Position numbers and translations under genes: made by a program. From an uncultured virus (IMG/VR IMGVR_UViG_3300050335_000078) (taxonomy: Duplodnaviria; Heunggongvirae; Uroviricota; Caudoviricetes): 64,000 nt of DNA. Below, piece by piece: positions 55,192 to 64,000 of the stretch. The notes below the pieces were generated by a model. It was given only the letters and a program-made list of their open reading frames with translations, did not search any database and was not told the origin of the DNA. How positions within the stretch are numbered: the stretch's first letter is position 1; every line of letters begins with the position of its first letter. The stretch lies in the IMG/VR virus record IMGVR_UViG_3300050335_000078. The stretch is one strand, 5' to 3'.

Positions 55192-56046
55192 ATGCACAGA
55201 AGGTTTTATTTGGAGAACGAACAGAAGCAGCGGTTCAATCTCCAGGACTTAAAGAACGGCGCCCTCCTCTGCTTGCCAGCCGGGCTTGGGCTGTCTATGT
55301 CGCGCGCATATGAACTGACAGGTGATGCGTCAAGGGTCGTAAACGAAGTATTCCCGCTCCGATCGTTTACCGGTGTGGCCGTATTCGACGGTTCCAGGGC
55401 ATATGATGGGTACCGCGCCCTGGTGAACTTCATCGCCGCGTCCGACGTTTTAAGGCTCGTATACGCTCCGAGGTTTGAGACGGCAAGCAGCGAGTTTCTG
55501 GCGGATGCTGAGGTGGAAAATGTATCCAAAGGCGAGATCATAGGCGGACGGATGGAATGCGACGTCGTTATCACACTGAAAGGCGCGTGGTACAAGCGGG
55601 ATAGCCTGCGCGTAGTTGCGGAGAAAACCGGTGAGGAGCTTCGATATGACCGGATGCATGAATATGTATACAGCGACGTTTCGACCGACGCGATTGAGAT
55701 TTTTAACGACGGGCATTTTGAAGCGCCGGTTATGCTTGAAGCCGAAGGTGAACTGGTCAATCCCCGGCTCTCACTGCACGTAAATGGTGTGCTGCGTTCG
55801 CAGTTGGTGGTAACGACGGTCATTGAGACCGGACAAACGCTGGTATTCTGCACGAAAGATGACGAATTAACGCTCATAAAACGGCTGGTGGATGGCAGCG
55901 AGGAGAGCCTGATCGGCTTCATCTCGGTCGAGAACGACAACTTCTTCAAGCTGCCGAAAGGACTGTCGACGCTGAGCCTGAGTGCGGATAACGAGATTAG
56001 TTCAAAATCGATCATTACCGTATATACGGCATATAAGGCGGTATAG
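55192..56046 (+). CDS. Distal tail protein (Dit-like)
   Basis: Position after TMP; FFKLPKG. Confidence 0.72.
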   Translation: MHRRFYLENEQKQRFNLQDLKNGALLCLPAGLGLSMSRAYELTGDASRVVNEVFPLRSFTGVAVFDGSRAYDGYRALVNFIAASDVLRLVYAPRFETASSEFLADAEVENVSKGEIIGGRMECDVVITLKGAWYKRDSLRVVAEKTGEELRYDRMHEYVYSDVSTDAIEIFNDGHFEAPVMLEAEGELVNPRLSLHVNGVLRSQLVVTTVIETGQTLVFCTKDDELTLIKRLVDGSEESLIGFISVENDNFFKLPKGLSTLSLSADNEISSKSIITVYTAYKAV

Positions 56047-57056
56047 TGATGCAGGCATACGTCATATCCAAAATAGATTTAAAAGTGAGGGACGCTGCCG
56101 TAACTATCGGCTATGAGATGAACGAGGATACTTCCGCGCCCGCCGTTACCAGTATGAACTTTGCGCGTATGCCTGCCGTCAGCGCCGGGGATTACGTTTG
56201 TCTGAAAGAAGCGGCTGAGACGGTTTATCTTGGCATCATATCCGGCATGGAAACTGATAAAAAAACAAGCGTTGCCACACTGCGGGCGCTGCCAGTGAGC
56301 AGCATCTTCTCAAGGAATATTCTGCTGAGCAGTCCGCAGGCGGTAACTGAGAACTATATCCTATCCGCTATTAACGATAATTTCGTTACTTCGGGCGACG
56401 CTATGACGGATATTCCGTATATATCGGCAACAGCGGCAACCCAAACGCTTTTGGATATCACTCCCCATAACGACAATGGGATTTATAATCTGGATACGTT
56501 TTTGCGGTATGTCGCACGGCGGCATCATATATTCCCGGATTTTGAGCTGAAAGACAATGCTTTGGGCTTGAGTATTGAAAACCGTAACCCTCCCCTGCAT
56601 ATTATCGACGCGATGGTAGCGGATGTTTTCGGCTTGAATGAAACGGTGGTTTCCGAATGCGTTTCAAAGGTAACTGTGAAAACATCTGCAGAAGTAAGTA
56701 CATATTACCTGTTTGAGAACGGGAGTTACGGTACAGACCCTGGAGCGGGTATCCGCATGCAAGGCAAGGCCGATACGGTCTATTGCGAGAACGCAGCCGA
56801 TGCTGAAAAAACAGCAGGCGACATTTTCGCCAAGAACAAGTTCAGCCATCTGATCGAGGCGGAGATACTTTTACGCTCAAAGCTATACGATACCGCCAAT
56901 ATGCAGCTGTACGACCGGGCGATGGTTAAGACTAAGACCGGTGTATATGACACTTACATCAGTTTCAAAAGCAGGAAGAGCACCGCGAAAACGGTGCTTT
57001 TTAAGTTCGGGGACGCAAGGCTTACGCTCACGGACAAGCTCAAAGGAGGAATTTAA
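56046..57056 (+). CDS. Baseplate hub/tail-associated protein
   Basis: Position after Dit; FG..R.TLTDKL end. Confidence 0.65.
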   Translation: MMQAYVISKIDLKVRDAAVTIGYEMNEDTSAPAVTSMNFARMPAVSAGDYVCLKEAAETVYLGIISGMETDKKTSVATLRALPVSSIFSRNILLSSPQAVTENYILSAINDNFVTSGDAMTDIPYISATAATQTLLDITPHNDNGIYNLDTFLRYVARRHHIFPDFELKDNALGLSIENRNPPLHIIDAMVADVFGLNETVVSECVSKVTVKTSAEVSTYYLFENGSYGTDPGAGIRMQGKADTVYCENAADAEKTAGDIFAKNKFSHLIEAEILLRSKLYDTANMQLYDRAMVKTKTGVYDTYISFKSRKSTAKTVLFKFGDARLTLTDKLKGGI

Positions 57057-57716
57057 GTGGCAATAAGAGCAGTCACATTTGATAAACAAAAAGTCAAGTC
57101 ACAGGACGACGGGCTGTGCCACACGCTGGCCATGGTCAACAAATCCTGTATCGTATCCGGCTGCACGGTGGCGCAGGACGGCGCCTCCGCTGTGAGCATC
57201 GCCACGGGTGTGTTCTTTGCCTGCGGGCGGCTGGTTTACGTCACTTCGCCTGAGAGTATCGGCATTCCATCCGTCCCCGCAGGCCAGACGCAGTATATGC
57301 GCGTGGTGTTTGAGGTCAATCTCAACCAGACCAATACGGAAACGGAATTCATGCAGGGCAGCTTTAAGGTACTGACGGACACTGCCGCCTATCCGGCGCT
57401 CACACAGGACGATATCAACGCGGGCGAAACGCTGCATCAGATGCCTTTTATCAAGCTGCGCGCGGATTCAACCGGTATTATCGCCGGAAGCTTTGCGGAT
57501 GAGCGCACACTGGCTTATTCCGTTGCCAGCCTGAAACATGACATTGACGGCAAGGCGGCCGTGGGTCACGTCCATACGTCATTGGCCGCACTGGAGGTAA
57601 CAGGCAACGTGGGTACGGATGACCTGCAGGTGGTCAACGTGTTCATTTACTCGGGCAGTACGCCTTCGACTGCGGGCAAGCCCAACGGTACGCTGTTCGT
57701 CAAATACGTACCATAA
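57057..57716 (+). CDS. Baseplate/tail protein
   Basis: Position; GVFFACGR motif. Confidence 0.6.
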   Translation: MAIRAVTFDKQKVKSQDDGLCHTLAMVNKSCIVSGCTVAQDGASAVSIATGVFFACGRLVYVTSPESIGIPSVPAGQTQYMRVVFEVNLNQTNTETEFMQGSFKVLTDTAAYPALTQDDINAGETLHQMPFIKLRADSTGIIAGSFADERTLAYSVASLKHDIDGKAAVGHVHTSLAALEVTGNVGTDDLQVVNVFIYSGSTPSTAGKPNGTLFVKYVP

Positions 57717-57730
57717 AGGAGTGATGAAGA

Positions 57731-59032
57731 TTGGCGACATGTAATAAGACGGGTTTAAACATTTGCGAAATCGACAGCCAGTATCCTACTCAGGCTAATA
57801 CGTCTTCATGCGATGTAGGGCGGTATACGGGCAAGGTCAATAACTGTTTTTTCAACTTCGACTCCGTTAACGACGAAATACCCGCAGGCTCTGTGATCAA
57901 CAGCGCGACACTGCAGCTGGCGCAGGTTTCGGGCGGATATTCGCTATCTCAAAACATATTGATTACGCTGCGTTCAGGCAACTGGGGCGCGTTTACGTGG
58001 AACTCGCAGCCCGCTTTGGCCGCGACCGGCCTGACGGTGGCACTGTCGGGCAGCTCGGCGGGAGACAGAATCTTTAACGTGACGGCGCTCATCCAATGGA
58101 TCGTTGACAACAACAGTTCCGCGCACATATTCAAGCTGGAGCGCGTGCCGAATACGACGAGCGGTTCCAACGACGCGAAGCGTTTTTCCACAACGGCAGC
58201 TAACCATGACCTGCTCATCACCTACACGCCGCCCACAGCGCCGGGTGTGCCCTCGGGCCTGTCGCAAAGCCCAAACGCCTTTGAAAGCGCGCTGAGGTTA
58301 TCCTGGGTTAACGGTTCGGGTGGTACCAACAACCCGATAACGGGAATTGACGTGCGATACCAGACCTCGGATGACGGCGCAAACTGGAGCGGAGAAACAT
58401 CCGTTATAGTGGCTGCGGGCAGCACTTATTATGATATTCCAAGCGCGACAATATCCGGCTGGGGCCGAGGCAAGTATGTCCGATTCCGGGCAGGTTCAGT
58501 TTCAGCGTATGCCGCCACAGTTTACTCGGGATACACATCTGCTGTACGAAAAAACAGAGCGCCTAATACTCCGACAGGCATACCCATCACGAACAAGAGC
58601 GTGTACGCACCCGGCGAGACAGTCACGGTATCATTCACGCCGCCCAGCCCAAGGGACCCGGACAGCGGTTTATCCGGCGACATCGCCGGGTACGAGGTCA
58701 AGATGCAGTACTCGGACGGAGCTGACTACAACAGCGGACAGATCATGGGGACAAACGCGTCCGGATCGGCAACGTCGGTCAGTGTGGCTACAACGGGCTG
58801 GACACCGGGACTGCAATGGAAGTTTCTTGTACGCGGATATGACGCTTACGGCGTGCGAGGCAGCTGGTCGGCGGCGACCGCGCTCATCATGATGGGGACG
58901 CCACTGAAGGTGCTTGTGTCAGGCTCCCTGAAAAGCGTAGCGGAGCAGCAGGTACTGGTGAACGGTGTCCTGAAACAGGTGAGCGAAATCAAGGTGCTGG
59001 TAGACGGCGTATTGAAAAATCTAACGGTTTAG
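57731..59032 (+). CDS. Tail fibre/receptor-binding protein (DNRLRE-like + FN3-like domains)
   Basis: IPAGSVINSATLQL, TWNSQP, APGVPSGL...LSW, VRGYD..G..GSW. Confidence 0.65.
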   Translation: MATCNKTGLNICEIDSQYPTQANTSSCDVGRYTGKVNNCFFNFDSVNDEIPAGSVINSATLQLAQVSGGYSLSQNILITLRSGNWGAFTWNSQPALAATGLTVALSGSSAGDRIFNVTALIQWIVDNNSSAHIFKLERVPNTTSGSNDAKRFSTTAANHDLLITYTPPTAPGVPSGLSQSPNAFESALRLSWVNGSGGTNNPITGIDVRYQTSDDGANWSGETSVIVAAGSTYYDIPSATISGWGRGKYVRFRAGSVSAYAATVYSGYTSAVRKNRAPNTPTGIPITNKSVYAPGETVTVSFTPPSPRDPDSGLSGDIAGYEVKMQYSDGADYNSGQIMGTNASGSATSVSVATTGWTPGLQWKFLVRGYDAYGVRGSWSAATALIMMGTPLKVLVSGSLKSVAEQQVLVNGVLKQVSEIKVLVDGVLKNLTV

Positions 59033-59044
59033 GGGGAATGTAAT

Positions 59045-59380
59045 TTGCTTGAATTTATCACTAGATACTGGCTGGAAGCCCTGTTCGGATTAATTCTGAC
59101 AGGGCTTTCGTTTTTGGTGCGGCGGTTGTTTCAGGAAGCGAAGACCGCGCGCAAATCTACGTGCGCGGTACAGACAGGTATACGTTGTATGCTGCGCGAC
59201 CGGATAATCCACAGCTACGAGAATTATATCCATCTCGGTTATTGCCCGTTGCCTGTGCGTGAAAACACGGAGGAAATGCACGCGGCGTACAAGGCGCTGG
59301 GCGGCAACGGCGCAGTCGACCATATCGTGGCTGAGATGAACGAACTGCCTACTATTAATAAGGAGGGAAACATCAAATGA
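59045..59380 (+). CDS. Lysis-module membrane protein
   Basis: N-terminal TM helix, LRDRI...Y.ALGGNG. Confidence 0.65.
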   Translation: MLEFITRYWLEALFGLILTGLSFLVRRLFQEAKTARKSTCAVQTGIRCMLRDRIIHSYENYIHLGYCPLPVRENTEEMHAAYKALGGNGAVDHIVAEMNELPTINKEGNIK

Positions 59381-60093
59381 CAAACAGGGAACTGGTATCG
59401 GAGGTCTTGAAGATGGCGGGATTTCAAAACCCCGTCGAGAAGGAAAGCGGTGGTATCACCTATCACAAAGACCGCTGGGGGTACGTGTTCGGCGGCCAGG
59501 GTGAACTGTATACCGATGAACTCGCAAAGAAGTGGGCAAGCATAAAGCGGTCGGGCAAGACATCGGTGTACTTCCTGACGAGCGCGAAGCAGTGGTATTC
59601 ACCGCCCCGGCGCATTGTGGACTGTTCTGGGCTGATCGTGCAGGCGTTTCGGATGTTTGTTCCTGATTACACCGACCGGAGCGCGAACACCTTCAAGGTT
59701 CAATTCACAATGTCTGGGGCAATAAGCGCAATCCCCGAAACAGCGGGACTTGCCGTATGGAAAAACGGGCATATCGGTATCTACCTTGGTAACGGCAAGG
59801 TGTGCGAAAGCCGCGGCGTCGCCTACGGGGTTGTAATTTCCGATCTCAAAACGCAGAAATGGACGCATTACGGTAAGCTTAAGGGCGTGGAGTATGATAA
59901 TGCGTATGTCGTATTCGGGAAAGAGCAAAAACCCGTGGCGTATCAAATATACACGGTTAAAAAGGGCGACACGCTTTGGGAGATAGCTAAACGGTATAAG
60001 ACCACTGTTGCCGCGCTGGCCAAGCTGAACGATCTGAAAAATCCGTCCCTCATATTCGCGGGACAAAAGATAAAAATAAGGGAGGAAAAATAA
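59377..60093 (+). CDS. Endolysin (NlpC/P60 + LysM)
   Basis: [24 protein letters not shown]. Confidence 0.9.
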   Translation: MTNRELVSEVLKMAGFQNPVEKESGGITYHKDRWGYVFGGQGELYTDELAKKWASIKRSGKTSVYFLTSAKQWYSPPRRIVDCSGLIVQAFRMFVPDYTDRSANTFKVQFTMSGAISAIPETAGLAVWKNGHIGIYLGNGKVCESRGVAYGVVISDLKTQKWTHYGKLKGVEYDNAYVVFGKEQKPVAYQIYTVKKGDTLWEIAKRYKTTVAALAKLNDLKNPSLIFAGQKIKIREEK

Positions 60094-60095
60094 CG

Positions 60096-60278
60096 ATGGA
60101 ACAATCCAGATGGAAAAGCCCTGTGGCATGGAGCGCACTTGCGGCGCTTCTTTTTTTTGTGGCCAAGACATGGTTTGGGGTTGAGATACCCGGCTGGGAT
60201 CAGTTCATATCCCTGGTCATAGCCGCTGGCGTAGCTTTTGGTATTTTCAACAACCCTGAGAAAAAAGACAATTTTTGA
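60096..60278 (+). CDS. Holin
   Basis: Two TM segments; QSRWKS..W...FGIFNNP. Confidence 0.8.
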   Translation: MEQSRWKSPVAWSALAALLFFVAKTWFGVEIPGWDQFISLVIAAGVAFGIFNNPEKKDNF

Positions 60279-60284
60279 AACAGT

Positions 60285-60315
60285 GAGGCGCTGTTTATTC
60301 GGCGCCTCTTTTTTT
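60285..60315 (+). terminator. Intrinsic terminator after lysis module
   Basis: GAGGCGC / GCGCCTC plus T7. Confidence 0.8.
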
Positions 60316-60380
60316 ATTTCTTCGAAGGCAATAACTTTGTCTTTGAAGTCTGACAACAACGCGCCGTCCTTAGCGCATCA

Positions 60381-60647
60381 CTAACCTTCTGGCGAAAATT
60401 CAACTTTATCGCCCAGAACATATTCTCCGTGATAATAATCCGAGATGTTCATACCAAGCGCCTCAATTACGCGGCAAGCGATATTAAATGATGAAGAGGA
60501 CAGTTTTCGTTCGCCGCTCTCGAACCTCTGATACTGCCGAAGCTGTATCTTCGCTCTGTCCGCTACCTGCTGCTGTGACAATCCGAGTTTATCTCTTAAG
60601 TCCCTGAGAATACTTCTTTCCTCCACATGTGCTATTTGCCAAGTCAT
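60381..60647 (-). CDS. XRE-family HTH regulator (moron)
   Basis: LSQQQVADRAKIQLRQYQRFESGER; GGAGG SD. Confidence 0.87.
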   Translation of the reverse strand: MTWQIAHVEERSILRDLRDKLGLSQQQVADRAKIQLRQYQRFESGERKLSSSSFNIACRVIEALGMNISDYYHGEYVLGDKVEFSPEG

Positions 60648-60675
60648 ATGAAACCTCCAATTTCAAGATAAATAC

Positions 60676-60731
60676 ATCATACGACCATCTGGACGTATCG
60701 TCAAGCTTTTTCTACGACCATTTGGTCATAG
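60676..60731 (-). promoter_or_regulatory. Promoter TTGACG-N17-TATGAT with two palindromic operators
   Basis: Operators ATACGACCATCTGGACGTAT 60679-60698 and CTACGACCATTTGGTCATAG 60712-60731. Confidence 0.7.
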
Positions 60732-60932
60732 AGAATAAGTTCCGTCTCCTATGCCGCCATTCCGAAACGCTTGTTTTTTTGCTGATACCGAAAATTCTCG
60801 GTACGCAAACACCTCTTTTCTGTCTGTAGCCGATAGAGGGGCTCGTTTCTCCTCAGATGGAGGCGATCGTGAACGACACATATGGACAGGATTGGTGGGC
60901 AAAGCATCTAGAAGCAGTGAACCGCCAATTTG

Positions 60933-60974
60933 GTACTCAAATCACCATCTGCTGTCCTGTGGATGGTGAGAGGG
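60933..60974 (+). promoter_or_regulatory. Conserved site GTACTCA-N13-TGTCCT (copy 3)
   Basis: Exact boxes and spacing; degenerate fourth copy GTACGCA-N13-TGTCTG at 60801. Confidence 0.7.
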
Positions 60975-61005
60975 TTTCTTGCCCTCCGATGGGAGGTAAT
61001 GAAAC

Positions 61006-61227
61006 GTGATAGATGTAACTGACTGCAAGCCGGAAATCAAATACGATAAAAAGCAAATTTCGCATGAGCAATTACAGCACGAATTGGATTATGTGAGAGC
61101 GCAGCGAATACTCGAAACCATGCTTGAAAAAGGATTAATCTCCTTGTTGGAGTTCAACCAGATAACCACACTGAACCGCCAATCTTTCTCCCCCGCTCTG
61201 GCGCAGATTATGCCTGAAAACCGTTGA
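61006..61227 (+). CDS. SHOCT-like small protein preceding recombinases
   Basis: MLEKGLIS..EF; position. Confidence 0.7.
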   Translation: MIDVTDCKPEIKYDKKQISHEQLQHELDYVRAQRILETMLEKGLISLLEFNQITTLNRQSFSPALAQIMPENR

Positions 61228-61277
61228 TAATACTCGGCTTCAGAGGTAATATGTCACACTGACAAGGAGGTGAGAAC

Positions 61278-62840
61278 TTGAAAAAGGTAACGAAAATCGC
61301 TCAGAATACAGTTGATATTACCGAACAGCCCAAGCTGCGTGTAGCCGCCTACTGCCGTGTCTCCACCGGCAATGATGATCAGCTTGTCAGTCTGGATACG
61401 CAGATAAAGCACTATGAATCCTACATCAAATCAAACCAAGACTGGGAGTTTGCTGGGTTATATTATGATGAGGGTATCACAGGCACTAAAAAAGAAAAAC
61501 GTCCCGAACTGCTTCGGATGATTGCGGACAGTGAAGATAAGAAAATAGACTTCATCGTTACCAAGTCCATCAGCCGGTTTGCCAGAAACACAACGGATTG
61601 TTTGGAGCTTGTTCGGAAATTGCAAGAGCTCGGTATTTATATATATTTCGAGAATGAAAACATCAATACCAAAACCATGGAAAGCGAGCTCATGCTCTCA
61701 ATCCTGAGTGGACTGGCTGCAAATGAGTCCGCCTCCATTGCTGAAAACAATAAATGGTCGATGACGCGTCGGTTCCAAAACGGCACATACAAAATCAGTG
61801 CCCCGCCCTACGGTTATGACGCCGTTGAAGGAAAACTGGTGGTGAACGAAAAGGAAGCGGCAATCGTGCGCTTTATCTTCGCTGAAATCCTGTCGGGTAA
61901 AGGGTGCGGTAAAATTGCTAATGAACTTAATCTCTGCAGCCTGAGGGGCAAAAAGGGCGGTCGCTGGAGTTCGACAACAATACGGGGCATGGCGTACAAC
62001 GAAAGATACGTCGGCGACGCCCTTTTTCAGAAGACCTATACAGACGATAGATTCAACCGTCACAGCAACTACGGCGAGAAAGACCAGTACCTGATTAAAA
62101 ACCACCATGAAGCGATTATCAGCCGTGAAGATTTTGAAGCCGCCCATGCGGTCATAGAGCAGCGCGGTAGGGAAAAAGGCATAGAAAAGCACCATCATAA
62201 ATACCAGAACCGTTACCCATTTTCCGGTAAAATCACGTGCGGTCAGTGCGGAGGCAGATTCAAGCGTCGAGTCCATGAAAGCGGCAGACATAAAATCGCA
62301 TGGTGCTGTACTACGCACATCGCGGACATAAAGAAATGCCCGATAAAATACATCCCGGAATCTGATTTTGAATATGCGTTTGTTGTCATGATGAACAAGC
62401 TTATCTTCGGACATCAGACAGTCCTCAGGCCCCTGCTCATAAACCTGCGTGGTATGAATTCCGAAGACAGCCTGGCGAGCATTCGGGAGATTGACAGAAA
62501 ACTCGAAGAAAACGCGGAACAGCGAAACGTACTGGTAGGCTTGATGACAAAAAAATATCTCGAACCAGCTGTTTATAAAAAAAGTAATAATGAACTGCTT
62601 CAGGAAGCCGAACGCCTTAAACGTCAGAAAGAATCCTTAGCCCGCTTCTTAAGCAATGACAGCCAGCACCTAAGCGAAGTCAGTGCGCTTCTGCAATACG
62701 CCACAAAAGCGGCGATGTTGTCGAGCTTTGACAGAGACGTTTTCGCACGATTTGTGGAGCGGATTATCGTATATTCCAGAACCGAAATTGGATTTGAATT
62801 AAAATGCGGCATAACGCTGAAAGAAAGGCTGGTGAAATAG
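61278..62840 (+). CDS. Large serine recombinase
   Basis: [26 protein letters not shown] zinc ribbon. Confidence 0.94.
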   Translation: MKKVTKIAQNTVDITEQPKLRVAAYCRVSTGNDDQLVSLDTQIKHYESYIKSNQDWEFAGLYYDEGITGTKKEKRPELLRMIADSEDKKIDFIVTKSISRFARNTTDCLELVRKLQELGIYIYFENENINTKTMESELMLSILSGLAANESASIAENNKWSMTRRFQNGTYKISAPPYGYDAVEGKLVVNEKEAAIVRFIFAEILSGKGCGKIANELNLCSLRGKKGGRWSSTTIRGMAYNERYVGDALFQKTYTDDRFNRHSNYGEKDQYLIKNHHEAIISREDFEAAHAVIEQRGREKGIEKHHHKYQNRYPFSGKITCGQCGGRFKRRVHESGRHKIAWCCTTHIADIKKCPIKYIPESDFEYAFVVMMNKLIFGHQTVLRPLLINLRGMNSEDSLASIREIDRKLEENAEQRNVLVGLMTKKYLEPAVYKKSNNELLQEAERLKRQKESLARFLSNDSQHLSEVSALLQYATKAAMLSSFDRDVFARFVERIIVYSRTEIGFELKCGITLKERLVK

Positions 62841-63257
62841 ATGAGCCACACACCATATGGTTACAGGATTGAAAACGGGAAAGCCGTGATTGACGGAAAA
62901 GCTGCAGAGCAGGTAAAAACCCTATTCCAGTCCTATCTGTCCGGTGACTCTTTGGACGCCGCTGCCAATAAAGCCGGTATTGAAGCTTTCCATGCTGGCA
63001 TCGGCAAGATCCTGCGGAATGTCCATTATCTCGGCGATGAATATTATCCGGCGATTATTGACCCTGACATGTTCGAAGCCGTCCAGGCAGAACGGTCAAA
63101 ACGCGCTAAGCAACTCGGCCGAATCCGGGAACCAAAAGAAAAAGCTGAGGTCATCTTCCCCACCGCATTCCGAGTTAATGATGCCACTCATCAATTTGAT
63201 GACCCGTTCCAGCAAGCGGAATACGCCTACAGCTTGATAGAAATCGAGGAGCATTGA
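62841..63257 (+). CDS. Short recombinase-domain protein (non-catalytic)
   Basis: HTPYGY...IL.N..Y.G...YPAII; no catalytic serine domain. Confidence 0.85.
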   Translation: MSHTPYGYRIENGKAVIDGKAAEQVKTLFQSYLSGDSLDAAANKAGIEAFHAGIGKILRNVHYLGDEYYPAIIDPDMFEAVQAERSKRAKQLGRIREPKEKAEVIFPTAFRVNDATHQFDDPFQQAEYAYSLIEIEEH

Positions 63258-63258
63258 T

Positions 63259-64000
63259 ATGGAAGAAAAAATGACTGTTACACTACTTCCGGCAAGGAAA
63301 AAGGCCGGTTTTGCAAAAAAGGATGAGGAAAAGCCAAAGCTCCGTGTTGCCGCCTACTGCCGCGTTTCCACAGACAGCGACGAGCAGGCCACCAGCTATG
63401 ACGCACAGATTGAGCATTACACGGCATACATCGGCAGCCATCCAGACTGGGAACTGGCTGGCATTTATGCTGACGATGGTATCTCCGGCACTAATACCAA
63501 AAAGCGTGAAGAGTTCAACCGCATGATTGACGAATGTATGGCGGGTAATATTGACAAGGTAATTACCAAGTCGATAAGCCGATTTGCGCGGAACACAGTG
63601 GATTGTTTGAATTATATCAGAAAGCTGAAAGAAAAAAACATCCCGGTATATTTCGAGAAGGAGAACATTGATAGCATGGATTCGAAGGGCGAGGTCATGC
63701 TTACGATTATGGCCTCCCTCGCCCAGCAAGAAAGCCAGTCCCTCAGCCAGAACGTGAAGCTGGGTTTTCAATACCGCTACCAGCAAGGTGAAATCCAGGT
63801 CAACTGCAAATGGTTCCTCGGTTATACCAAAGATGAAAACAAGAAGCTGGTCATTGTCCCCGAGGAAGCAGAAACCGTAAGGCGCATCTACCGGGAATAC
63901 CTTGAGGGAGCCAGTATACTGAAGATTGCCCGTGGTCTGGAAGCGGACGGCATCCTAAACGGTGCCGGAAAGGATAAATGGCATACAAGTAACATTAATT
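63259..64000 (+). CDS. Large serine recombinase (5' part; runs off window)
   Basis: Hand translation [14 protein letters not shown]...[16 protein letters not shown]...KSISRFARN. Confidence 0.92.
   Translation, partial: MEEKMTVTLLPARKKAGFAKKDEEKPKLRVAAYCRVSTDSDEQATSYDAQIEHYTAYIGSHPDWELAGIYADDGISGTNTKKREEFNRMIDECMAGNIDKVITKSISRFARNTVDCLNYIRKLKEKNIPVYFEKENIDSMDSKGEVMLTIMASLAQQESQSLSQNVKLGFQYRYQQGEIQVNCKWFLGYTKDENKKLVIVPEEAETVRRIYREYLEGASILKIARGLEADGILNGAGKDKWHTSNIN

Larger units (their letters stand above)
27045..64000 (+). mobile_element. Siphovirus-type prophage with PolA replication module and serine recombinases (left boundary uncertain, right end outside window)
   Basis: Complete co-oriented replication-packaging-head-tail-lysis-recombinase gene order. 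Confidence 0.88.

Noticed and set aside
57731..59032. Diversity-generating retroelement acting on the tail fibre
   Set aside because: No reverse transcriptase and no template/variable repeat pair seen
59943..60359. 138-aa minus-strand ORF as partner of the XRE moron
   Set aside because: Overlaps holin, endolysin and the terminator antisense; no recognisable domain
1..64000. tRNA, rRNA and IS elements
   Set aside because: No cloverleaf, rRNA-like or transposase sequence recognised by eye; tRNAscan-SE and ISEScan would confirm

Overview
Firmicutes (Clostridia-like) mobile DNA: two related, divergently oriented prophage-like elements flanking a ~20 kb defence island. Left element (minus strand, from an att-like site at ~15.2 kb running off the left edge; AT-rich): sigma-region-4-like regulator, Rha, VapE primase/helicase, VRR-NUC, frame-disrupted SNF2, late activator. 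Its cargo is a BsuFI/MspI-like R-M pair and a three-gene operon ending in an RloC-like ABC ATPase. Centre: a DUF262 (GmrSD-like) gene pair, a dcm + GHKL/MORC ATPase + Mrr-helicase + unknown + vsr operon, an ImmA/ImmR pair and a LexA-boxed dinB. Right element (plus strand, ~27-64 kb; more GC-rich): an apparently intact siphovirus-type prophage (PolA, VapE, HNH/TerS/TerL, HK97 portal/ClpP/capsid, tail, lysis, three serine-recombinase genes, the last truncated by the window edge). Top candidate new system: the first two genes of the ATPase operon share a 15-aa Q/N-rich motif (C-terminus of gene 1, N-terminus of gene 2) conserved in protein but not in codons, the layout typical of amyloid-signalling pairs. 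Second: a double Com-like Zn-finger gene followed by a repeated bipartite motif and an attenuator/SD-sequestering leader in front of the phage sigma-like activator. All family assignments come from motif recognition by eye; no database searches were run.
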